From the NCBI GenBank assembly GCA_051362555.1, contig CM120645.1, forward strand, positions 14,384,001 through 14,448,000: a stretch of 64,000 bases of DNA, in the 5' to 3' direction. Source of the stretch: Lingula anatina. Taxonomy: Eukaryota; Animalia; Brachiopoda. Shown piece after piece: positions 11,856 to 23,800 of the stretch. Positions within the stretch are counted from its first letter, which is position 1, and each line of letters opens with the position of its first letter. The position numbers and the translations under genes were made by a program. The notes under the pieces are model-generated. The model did not search any database. It worked only from the letters and a program-made list of their open reading frames with translations, and was not told the origin of the DNA.

Positions 11856-12624
11856 TAGAAAGTTTGTACGATTATTACTTTTGGTACTTTTCCTTTAAAT
11901 AATGCTTTTACACATCCTTTTCTATGCATCAGCTTGACCTTTTCTATTGTTGACATCTGCGGTACAACCATACTGCAAGCAACGTCCATAATATCTTGTG
12001 GAATATCTTCAGCGCAATTTATCCTACAATGGAAGAGGAGTAGAAACACTAGTAATAATAATGCACAACTTAATGCACAATCTGCAGTTAGGTGTATACA
12101 CTCTGATGCTAGAGATCTAGCATTGAAAAAGAGTCATCTGCACATGTGCGTGCACCATTTCCGCTCCCAGGCTTAGAGGCCACTACAAATTCTAAAATGT
12201 CCCCCCTGGCCTCTCTTAAGGATTCCCAGATGAAATTCATTTGTGATATTTCATTCCATTGTCTGCAATTTTAAAATCATACATATTGACATAAACGCAG
12301 TACAGTTCTAATTTAGTTAATTGCTAAATGGAGAAAGAAAAGTTAGCAACCCTAACAGGTGGCAGTGAGAATCCTATCCAAAAACCTTCAGAAGTGAGTC
12401 GGCCTCCTCTGCTGACACACTTGATATCATTTGGTAACTCTCCAGTGCCTTTTTTGGATCACCACTGCCACCTCAAGCACCAGTAACACCTCGCATATCT
12501 CTACAGTTGCAGTTGAGCTCTAAACTCATCCACAGCCCTCTGTTCTTCAGGAGTCGGTTTCCCAATTCCCCCTGTTTACTCGGTGTCCGTTGGAGCCTGG
12601 TGTCCAGAGCTTGACGTCCCCACA

Positions 12625-12666
12625 CCAACCACCACCACCACCACCACCACCAACCACCACCACCAC
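12625..12666. repeat. (CCA)n microsatellite
   Basis: Direct reading of the sequence. Confidence 0.85.
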
Positions 12667-13343
12667 AGTGTAGTTAGTGGAGGTTAAAATCAATTGAAAC
12701 TGAAACTTTTCAAAATTTGAAAAAAAAAATCCTCTTTAATTTCAACCTTGCATTGATTATGACAATCATGTTAGTGTTCCAAAAAATACATAGTTATAAC
12801 ACCAGCTGGTGCCAATGCAATATGTTTTGATGTTCACCAACAGCATGCACATGGTATTGTTAGGAAAGGTTAAGTTTTCAATTCATATATATTATTTATT
12901 ATTGTTATTATTGGGGGAGGGGTCTAACTGCCTCATTTGTCTTTTTCTAATTATTTATTACTATTTTTATTATTTTTTTAAATTACATTTTTGATCAACA
13001 TTTGTTGCTGGTTTTGGTACCAAGCATTGTCTCTTTGCCTTAAAATGATGTGCCATGATTTTCTTTGTATGTATTTTAAATCATGTACATAAAAGCTAAT
13101 GAGATAAGATATTAATGAAGACACTCACTTAGTTTAATCGCTGCTATTCTTGTTTGTTAAAACTTTCTTAATTACTATGATAAAGTTTATAGATTAAAAT
13201 ATTTTGAGATTGTTTTTTTTTATGCAGTGTTAGTCGTAGACAAAATGCAATATAAGCCATACTGTCTTGTTGAACAGCTAGTTAATTTTTCAGGTTATAG
13301 AAATATGTTGATCATCTCATACGTATTCTACGTATAGCTAATT

Positions 13344-13483
13344 CAGACCTGTAGCCAGCAATTTCAAAAGGGGGTTATTTTTCTGAAAAAGTGGACCTTT
13401 GACCATGAAGCCTCTGTGTACCTAGATAGAATTTTACCGGCAAAGAGGGAGGTTGTTTTAACCCCCCACCGGCTTGGGGCCTG
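13344..13483. mobile_element. Degenerate short MITE (possibly hAT-type)
   Basis: Imperfect terminal inverted repeats cagacctgtagccag ... ccggcttggggcctg. No clear TSD. Confidence 0.35.
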
Positions 13484-14195
13484 TTATTAATTAGTAAATA
13501 TTTATAAAAATATTAAAACTCATACTGGTTGTGATTAGTTCACTGCTGGAGGCAAACTAATCCCTGCATTGTCCCACTCAGGTCTCACTATCTAAGAAAA
13601 GTCATCTGTAAATGTAGTGTACAGTACAAGTACATATAACAAATTATCTGGATTGGTGCTCAATTTTGTAACTTGTTGTGGAGGAGAAAATATTGAAGAG
13701 AACTATGATAAACTTCTTGTCTCATTGAATTTCTTTTATAAAGCTTTTTAGCTGCTTGCATAAAGTTTGTCAGAGAAGTCTGTTAAGTACTTGTTTAATT
13801 TGACTTGAAATACAGTCCTTAAGGATTAATTTATTCTAAGAAGTATTTACATAGTTTAAAATTATCTAAGCTGCAAGTAAATATTGCAATATTCAGGCAA
13901 AATATCCTTAATCATTTGAAATAATTTTGTGACAATCCTTGTAATAATAGATATTTTGATGTTACTGTCTTCATTTAGTATGTTGAAAAAAATGAAGATA
14001 TTGGATCAGTGCAAAAAAAAAAGCTGAAATAGAAAGTTATTTCATATGCAGCATTGTTTTCTATATTGAAATTGTTGACATTTTAAAAAGACCTTATTTT
14101 TAGTGGTAAAAACAAGAATTGAAGGCACTTAGGTTCTCCGTTTGTATTTTCATTTTGTTGCATAAGGCCTTCAGATTATGAACAAATATTTTTTG

Positions 14196-14197
<2 letters not shown>

Positions 14198-14272
<75 letters not shown>

Positions 14273-14277
14273 TTTTT
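14198..14277. repeat. (TA)n microsatellite followed by poly(T)
   Basis: Direct reading of the sequence. Confidence 0.9.
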
Positions 14278-15160
14278 CCATGTGGTTTTGCTCATTTAAA
14301 ATAAAAATCTGACCTTGAAATTGATTGATAAAGGTAAATAAAATTTATCAAAAATAATCTGTGATTGTTTTGTATTAGAAGTTAATGAGTAACTACAACT
14401 GGGTTATTAGACTGGGACAAGATAACAAGAAGTATGTTATACAGATTTGACCAGATTAAAGATGTGGTCAGACAATTCTACTTCAGAGCGGAATTTGGGA
14501 CCAAGTTGTGTTATCCAGATCGTTAAGATAATTTACCAGGAATTTGAATGTCTGCAGCACAATTTGGTTGACATCTCTTTACATCCAGCTCTCGCTGCCT
14601 AATGTGTTTGCGCACAGGCACGTGAGCGTGTGCTTTGGATAATAAGATTTTGATTTCATCAACCTGATGATGTAAGACTGCAGTTTGGGTCCTAATGATG
14701 CCTTGTCTTAACAAAGTTTAATATCTGTTGCAAGATGTGAAGGCTGGGAGGGTCAACATGGGGGGGGTCATCTTAGCCAACTTTTAAATTAAAATTTAGA
14801 TCGGATTGTTTAAAGAACTTTTTGTCAACCAATAAGCCTTGTGATGTATTGATAAAAGAATTATGAATTTCATTGTTTTTTTTAAACATTTTCTAAAATT
14901 TAGTTAGACCTTGAAAATATTTGTGATTAATAATACTGAATCAATAACTTGAATCAATGTTTCATCAGTGTCATAATCCATCTTTGTTCAGTACACTGCT
15001 TTAAAATTATGCCCCTCAACTTCATCAGCCTGTTAACACTTTAGGACTCTTTGTGACCTTCAAACCTACCTGCGGGTACCTCCCAGGCAATAGAGACAGA
15101 TTATCAGATATTGGTAGCAGTAGCATTATTAGCCAAAGTGCAATAACACATGCAGCAACA

Positions 15161-18100
15161 ATGGCACCTGCTTCCAGGGTTCACGTAATTTTGGTGGTGT
15201 TGGTATGTTCCCGACTGTCTAGTGTGATGGGCACCAATGCTACTGAATCTGTGGTGGATGTTGCTGCAAACCTGAATGCTAGTATATTTGTGGATTTTGT
15301 GGAGAAGCTTCCAGAGTCTCTGTCACACTATCTGAAGAATGGAAAAGGTAATGCAGTGATGTTGTAATTTATTTTTCCAACAGATGAAAGATTGAATAAG
15401 GAGATTGTGTGTTATTGAAAGGATTTATTTAGTATAGATTTTTGAAAGTTTTTTTGTTTTATTAATATGTTCAGTTCTGGAACGGTTACCGTTAAATCAG
15501 TAGAATATTCATGTTAAAAATGTTTTTCAAATATAAAATCAAAAAGCAAAACTTGAGTTTGTAGAACCTTTATATCTTTCTTCAATTGCATGTGCATCAT
15601 GAGTGCATTTCCCTACTTTCTTTACAGGACCCTTCACCCTCTTTGTTCCCACCAATGCAGCTTTTGCCAAGTTGCCTGCTAACATAAGGAATCAACTCCA
15701 AACCAATAAAACCTACATGATGGATGTCATGTCTTTTCACATTGGGGAAGGATTGGAACTGAAGGCAGACTTCATCAATGAAAGGCTGATACCAACCCTG
15801 TATTCTGCTAATACACAGAAAAGGGTGCGGCTGAATGTGTATCAAAAGCCAGCAGAGAAAGTAAGTATAAGAGTGCATTCCCAGAGATTTAGATCAATCC
15901 ATCCGGATCGACCTAACTCCCTGGGGGTTCACGTTAAATTGCAGTCAACCGAGCGCGCACAACAGTTAATTGGCCCCTTACAGCTTTTAGTAGGCGAGAC
16001 AGACGCTTAAGCTGGCTAAGCTGACAGTAATCTAGTGAGACTCCCCACAGAATAGATCGATCTAAGATCTGTGGGAATGGGGACTAATATTTTATAGTTG
16101 TGGTGCAAAGAGGTCTGTATGTACTGGTGCGTAGGGGATATTGTTAGAGAAAACATGACATTTATGACTGCATTTAAAAATTGAACTTCTATTCATGCCT
16201 GATTGGTTGATATTTCTTTGCACTGTCATCTCACTGCTTTCAGTGTGTGAGCCCAGGCCCATGTCAAATAAGTAAAATTGAAGATTTATTTATAAGAAAT
16301 AAGTTAATTAATTGTGTACGTGTACATGTAAAACTCCCCCGAGTCGGTAAATGTGTAATTGAAAATTTAATTATATACTGACCACCACTTAGTCTCTATT
16401 GAACTCTGTTCCATCACTTCTTGTCAGAACTTGTGATAAACTGATTATTTGCTCTGTGTCAATACTGCAGGTTTATACAGCCTCTGGTGCCCCAGTGAGC
16501 AGATTTGATGAGCTGGCCTCCAATGGGGTGGTCCACCTCCTGGACCAGGTGATGTACCACCTCCCCTCACAGTCTGCCGATGATGTCATTGTTCTTGCGC
16601 CGGAATATTTGCAGCTGGACTACCTGATTGAGATGTCGGGACTCAATGCCAGTACAATAGCTGGAGGTGACATTTTAGATTGGTTTTCTATAAAATATAT
16701 TTGTCTCTGTATCTTATATCTATATTTGATAACTACAGAAGTAGTTCACTTTACTTCTCGTTTTTCTAAGGATGCCGAAAAACTAGAACTATTAGAAATT
16801 GGAAACAGTACAGTCACGGTAAAAGATGAGGTTAAAAACCTTGGAGTAATTTTTGATAATAGGTGCGATATGGCTGCCGACATCAGCAAAAAATGCAAAG
16901 CCGCTTTCTATGGTCTTAAAAAAATTTCCAAACTATCCCACATCCTTGATAAAAGTCAAATGGAGAGGCTTGTCCATGCCTTTATAACTTCACATCTTGA
17001 CTACGGAAACAGTCTACTGTATGGTCTTCCTACCTATCAAATTGAAAAATTGCAATCTGTCCAAAATGCTGCAGCACGACTACTGACCAAAATCCCTCTC
17101 AGATCAAACATTTCACCCATTTTATTCGAACTACATTGGCTTCCTGTACGACAGAGAATTGTTTTTAAATTACTGTTGTTTGTTTTTAAATTCACTAGAG
17201 GTGAATGCCCCTCATATTTTAACTCGATGCTACATCCAAGTACACCCAATCTCACCAGGTCTACCAGATCCACCTCCACTCCTTGTTTTATCAGAAATGA
17301 TAATAAAAAAACAACCAAAACCTACGGCCACAGGGCATTTTCAATTTCAGCACCAATTTTATGGAATCAATTACCCTCATACATTCGGACTATTGACAGT
17401 GTTGAGGTTTTTAAAAAAGATTTAAAAACATTCTTATTTGCACAGTATTTTAATTAATATCTTCCCATTTTATCAGAAAAAAAAAGTGTTATTGTTCAGA
17501 CCATTACTATTTTAACCAGTTTTAATTATTATTATTATTATTTTATTTTTTTTTTTTACCTTAGCTTTTATTATATATATAATAAGTTGTAATCCTAATA
17601 ATTTTACCTGTAAACAGCACTGAGACGCTAGTGTAGTGCGGTTTTAAGAAATAAATATTATTATTATTATTATTATAATGTTTGTGATATAATCCTCTTA
17701 AAACTGAGCTTCCAAGTACTGTTAGAGAGTCCTTTAAACCCTTTGTCTGGTATCAGAATTGGTTTTCTGCTAAATAGTGCTGGCTATACAGATGAGCCTC
17801 AGGTTCTAGCCCCTTGACTTGCATCAATGACATTTGGTATTATTGATGCCCTTGTTTTGATTTTTGCTGGTTTCCTTTTTGTGTGTTCTTGCATGGAACA
17901 TGTTTTACTGGTACTGTTTAGTTTACTTGTTCTTTATTATCTTACCTATTCAATTTCTGGTTTTTTTAAACCTTCAAATATGATGATGTATAAAGACAAG
18001 ACTCAATTGTTATCATATTTCAGGTGGCCCCTTCACTTTCTTTGCTCCCACCAATGAAGCCATATATAGCCTTCCCCCAGGGGCGATGTACGAGTTTGAA

Positions 18101-19102
18101 GTGAATCACATGGCACTCATAGGTATGACCTACTTTTTCAGGCGGCCCTTTCACATTTTTTGCACCAACTAATGAGGCCATAGCACATCTGCCAGATGGT
18201 GCGATGTACGAGTTTCAGGTTAACCACATGGCTCTCATAGGTACAGTGGACTCGTTTTCCCCCAGTTGTTCTTTTTTTCAGGATTTCCAACAAATTATAA
18301 ATTTTAAAAAATTCCCACTGTGTAGAAATTGACAAGTTAAAACTTTGTATAATTGCATAAACATTGCACAGTTAAATTTACATTAGATTGAATATTATGA
18401 AATACATACAATTTATGTTTACGTATATCTATTTCAGCTGTTCTCCAGCACCACATAGTGAAGGGGACATATTATGCAGCAGGGCTGTACAATGGACAGA
18501 TATTACAAAGCTACCTAGGGCAGGATTTAAAGGTTATCCTGAATGGTGAGATTTATTTCAGATTTGTTTGAGGACAAATTTTCATTAATAATCTTAGAGA
18601 GGTATTTATCTTATTGATGGTAGTGTGAATAAATAGCTTGGTGACAAATTTGTTAATTAAGGTGATAGTGCATGGGGTACCTCATAAAATTCATGGTATG
18701 ATTATGTTTTTGTCTGCAAATTTTAAATGTACAATTATTTAAATAATTTTTAAAAATATACAATTCATAAAGCAGATAACTTATTAAAATTACTTGTTTC
18801 AACACAAAGTAGTCTTATTCATTTTACTCTCTGTGAAGACTGCCTTTACATTTTGCTTTAGCAAATAACTTTATAACATCTTGTTTTGATGCATTACACA
18901 TTTTAACAAACTGGTTGTTAAAAATTGACTTTGGTCGTATGTTTAAATACTTTTAAATTTTCTGTATTTTCTTCTAGGAACTGTGGTGCTTGAGAGTGTT
19001 GATAGTCCTAATACTGTAACCCAAGTGACATCAGCAGATGTCTCAGTCACAGATGGAGTCATGCATGGTGTCAACAGGATGATGCTTGTGCGCTATAACT
19101 AG
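15161..19102 (+). CDS. Secreted fasciclin-domain protein (2 FAS1 domains; TGFBI/periostin-like), ~315 aa
   Basis: Exons 15161-15347, 15628-15860, 16471-16666, [18024-18122 or 18142-18240], 18438-18545, 18978-19102; all GT-AG and phase-consistent. Signal peptide MAPASRVHVILVVLVCSRLSSVMG. FAS1 H1 motifs GPFTLFVPTNAAF and GPFTFFAPTNEAI. H2 motifs ASNGVVHLLDQVM and VTDGVMHGVNRMM. Confidence 0.9.
15871..16084. mobile_element. PIF/Harbinger-type MITE, family copy 1
   Basis: Imperfect ~18-bp TIRs (..cattcccagagat / atctgtgggaatg..), TAA on both sides, and internal sequence (gatcgacctaactccctgggggttcacg...agtaatctagtgagactc) shared with 28875-29089. Confidence 0.8.
16730..17677 (+). mobile_element. 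5'-truncated L2/CR1-group non-LTR retrotransposon in fasciclin intron 3
   Basis: ORF2 C-terminus VKNLGVIFD...LVHAFITSHLDYGNSLLYGLP..IEKLQSVQNAAARLL...LHWLPVRQRIVFK...RAFSISAPILWNQLP...FKKDLKTFLF (stop at 17457). The 3' UTR ends in a (TTA)n tail. Confidence 0.92.
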
Positions 19103-20814
19103 ATTTTTATTTTTCAAAAGTGTCCTCTAAGCACCTAACAAGGGGATTTAAATTATGATTTCTTTTTTCATTTTTTATGGAGAGAACATATCGGCATATA
19201 GCAATTCAAACAGGTAACTGGTGACTTACCAGTTAAAGATGGATTACCAGTTATCATGTGGGTACATCTTTCAGATTCATGGACTTCCCAGATGCTTAGA
19301 ATTGGAAACTGGGACCATAAGTAATTTCAATTTACCACTGATACCTGAACATTGAACCATGTGAAAGTGGACAGGGATGATATTTTTTTTTACTTTTGAC
19401 GGATTTCTGACTTAATGGGAACCAAATGTATAATTTTCGAGTTTGATGCAGAATATGCAACAAAAACTGTTGAGGGGAGGTAGGGGGGGGGGGGGGGGTA
19501 ATTCAGAGCGAATGCAATTTTTTCAGATTTTTATTACTAAATGGCAGTCTATTTCCTATGTGTATTGTACTGCTGTACTTGGACCCTTATCTTGTACTAT
19601 ATAGATGTGTATTGTATTCTGCGTGTCTGGGCATTGCACCATGGCTACATATAAAACTATTAGCTCGTCTAGCTGTGATATTTGTGAAATATATATAAGT
19701 TTTATTGTTTTACTACTTTCAAAGTTTAAATTGTTGATTTTCTTTGTCCATTTTAGTTGACTAGTCAAAATTGAATAGAATAGTGGACTAACAATTTAAA
19801 AAATGGCTGTAGAAATTTAAGTTTGTAGGTGTGTAATAAACAATGCTTAATTTTCTTGGGTATTATATACTTCGCAAAGTGTAATATGGGGTAGAAATAA
19901 AATGTTTAAAGAAGATAAATGTTTTTTAAAACTTGTCATTTTCATACAAAGATGTTCTGAAAATATTTAGAGCAAAAATAGGATGTCTGATACATTAGCA
20001 CTTTGGCTAATGCATGCTACTGTACAAGCTGTCAATTCTAAAATTAATCATCAAATTAAAAATTCTTGACAACAATTTTGTCATCCATGCCTTGATTTTG
20101 GGTTTAAAGAAAACAAATAATTAGAGGCAATAATGCAATAAAAAACCATTTTAAGACTTGTTATAACCAGAATAAAGAATTTATTTCCTTCCAAATTGGA
20201 TACACAAATAATTCCACTGATCCGTCCAGCAGATCAGTCTTATACTAAGATGTAAACACTACACCTTACTGACAACAATTACAAAACACACACATAAGTC
20301 ATCCTTTACACAATTACTACTGGATTTGGAAGGTTCACTATAAATCAGAAAGGATAAAAATCTAATTCATGTTAAGGTTATGCATGAGACGGAATGGCAG
20401 TTGTATGCGAACATTGGTATGATGTTAATTACAAGAAAAGTCATTTGTAGTTCACATGTAACAGTACTGTTATTTTCATTTTTAAGAAAATGCAATGACA
20501 ACGCCAAGAATTTACTTGTCTAAAATTGATACATTGTGAACTGTTTCACCTCTTTTCCTAAATTAAAAAGATGCAAAGGAAATTTGACTTTTACTGCCAA
20601 TACAAGTATATTTTTGAAAAAAAAAAATTGGATTGAGTATTTGCCTCAGACTTGTAAACAGAGGGATGCGAAACGACCAAAAAGTCTTGGAACTTGTTTT
20701 AAAAATATCATGATAACTGGATTGCTAGAATCTGTTCACAATAAAAGATTGGAAAAAAGCCTTGGTATGGGACGTATTTGATCATCAGTGCTGTTGCTCT
20801 ATCTGAATTAAATC

Positions 20815-23800
20815 CTACAACACAATGATGGTCCCTTTCTGACTTCTGTTGGTGAAGTTATTATTTCTGGAACAAATGTAGTGGTAGATTCCTTTCTTCA
20901 GTTTCAGCAGGGCTCCTTCATAAGATGCAGGGGCATTGTTGAGGAGATTGTTCATCTTTGTTTTTCTCTCGGCTGATTCACTGGCACACTCACTGGCCAT
21001 TTTACATCTGCAATATTCAAAAATTCAAGATAAGTTTTTTTCACATGTAATGAAATTGCTTGTTTTGATACTTGAAGTTCACCATGACATCAAGGTATCT
21101 TTGAGTGAAAACGAAAAAGGTAAAGCAACCCAAGGAAAATCCATAAGGGAAAATGTACAAATGAAACACACAGAACTCTGACAGAAACCGTTCACACAAA
21201 AGTAAAGAACTAAGGTTATAATGATACAGCATAAAATATAACCGTTCACACAAAAGTAAAGAACTAAGGTTATAATGATACAGCATAAAATATCTATAAT
21301 AATTCCTTACTGATAATAGCCAGAGGAAGCCATGTTTAGGGCCAGATTTTTGGGGGTGTTGATATTCTTGCCATGGTAAATCCATTTTACTTCTGCATTC
21401 TTCCACAGGGTGGTCTTATTAAAGGTCAGGGGAAAGTTTTCGTCCAGTACTCCAATCTGAACAATGTTGTTTCTGTCTGTTCCTGAAATGAATGCAAAAA
21501 TCATTAGATGTACATGAACTACACTATTTATCGAGGGTCATGGGTAGACGAATTTTATCCTCAATGAATAAAGTTTATTAAATAAATACACTGTCATAAT
21601 TATGTTGGTTGAAAGTTTTGAAAAATTCTTGTTCGTTAATAGTATTTACCTTCCAGAGTATGTCAAAACATGGTATCAAAATAAAATTGGATAAATAAGT
21701 TTGTGAACGTAAAACTAAAATGCCACTGAAGATTTGTCACAAGAGCCAAGTATAACTGAGTAACAAAGCAATGAAGAATACCAAACTGTAATGAGTACAT
21801 TTAACCCCAACCACATGATTACAGCCATACCTGTGGTTCCCTCCCCTGCGTCACCTGTCTGACCATCACCACCAGGAGCACCGTTGTTATGGGAATTGGA
21901 ACCTGAAGAAAAAACATCTTTTAAGTCAAATAGGTAGTTTTAAACAAGCTTTTCATTACTGTGCAAATATGAGGGACTACACTGTTTCTGTTGTTTTCAA
22001 AAGATGAATCACTGACAAAGATGACGCAATTATATATCACATCCCCACTTTCTAAAAATGAAATTGTTTATACTGGTACGTTCCTTGACTCTCACAACCA
22101 TGTGTTTATATAGAATAGCAATCATATACACACCATTTTAACAACTTCCTATTTTTTATATAGAATTTGTTTTAGTTAGTGAAATATCAGTAGGAAGATA
22201 TAAGTATTAAGAAGCATTACCTGTCCACTGAACATGAACCAAGTCATTTTCCGTCATGGACAACATGTTAGGTATGAAGTCGTACTCCACAGCCGGGTAC
22301 ACTTGAACAATGTTCCCTCTCTTCCCCCTCACATTGAGATTGTAGATGTTGTGGTTCTCTGTCCCCGCGGGTCGTGGCTTCAAAATGAAAACGTGGGAGC
22401 GATCTTGAAAGGTACGCCCAAACTGAGCTGTGTTGATGGCTAATCGCAGAGGAGAGTGACCAGCGCCTATTTCCACATATGGGTTTTGTTCCACTGGAGA
22501 CATAACTCCTTTCCATCTGAAATGTTTTAAATGGAAATTGCACTTCTTGTTGGCACTGACACTTAGTGTTAAAATGGCATGATGTGTGGTGCCACCTATT
22601 GTTAAAATTTACGGACATTTTCTGCCAACTGCAGCTGTGATTTGTCATTTTAACTACAAAGTAAATGCACAAAATTAAAATACACTATATTTTTATCTCA
22701 TAACTTCTTTAAGTACACCATGTTGTTTAACAGAATGGTCAGTGAATGGAACAACATTTTCTAGTAGTAAAACTTACAAGTTTTTGTTGGATTCAGCATC
22801 TGTGAAATATGGGTCAAAGTCATCTGTGGAAATGTTGTACCTGAAAAGTTCAAAGACAGATGAAATTTTGGCATCTAATTTTGAATCATTAATACTAAGA
22901 ATTATAATCATGATCCTATATTCTTATTATTTACTGACTGATCTTGAAAAATATATACTTGGCATTATACTGAGAAAAATCTCTTTTCCCTTGCACCCTT
23001 TTGTAAAAACAGCTTCATTTAGATTTATTTCATACACTGAAGAGGCTTCAGAAACAATGCATCAATGAGTTTCAATTTTTTTACCACACCTTATTCTCAG
23101 TACACATCTCTGTGGTTTCCCTGAAGGAAAGTGAGGCAGCACCCAGGTGTAGTTGCTGGCAACACCGTCTCTGCCATTACCCAGGTGATTGGACCTAATA
23201 TCATAACAATATAAAATATAATTATAATATATATAATATTATATAAAAAACACAAACTAAACCTAATACAAATTTATTCACTGACCAATCTTAAGTCCAG
23301 TAATAGTTGCAGCAAGCTGTTGGTCACAAAATTAGCTCACTATAAAACAGGCCCTATTAAATTACATTTTATAGCTTACTTGCAAAACATTTACTGGTAA
23401 TATGAGCACGAACGCATTATGGAACCAGCATTACCAACACAGGAAAAATAAGTAAATCCTCAAAATATACAAAACATTGACAAATACATGAAAATCATTA
23501 TCTAACAACATACTTGTATTTTCTTAAATTATTAGGTAGTAAGGGCTGTCAATTATTTATGTTTGTATAACTAGAGGATCAGAGAGGCGATACCGCCTCC
23601 GAATATTGTACCACCAGCTGGAGCAAGCGCATTCGTATAGACCCCCACATACACAAAATAAGGGGTGCAGCCACCAGTCTTGTGCTTGACAAGCTGTAAA
23701 AATGCAATCAACAAGAATTTTCAAAATATGCAAAAAATATATATAACTAAAAATGGTGCAATCAAAGTTAAGTTCATTGTAAGGTAGGTCAAAGGTCAAT

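Noticed and set aside
16399-17457. 352-aa ORF as a single gene
   Set aside because: It is a chance concatenation of intron sequence, fasciclin exon 3 and a 5'-truncated L2 ORF2.
21186-21293. 54-bp in-frame-length duplication as a possible extra DD3-3 A exon
   Set aside because: There are no suitable AG/GT boundaries on the minus strand, and the flanking exons already join in phase (YYQ/CKM).
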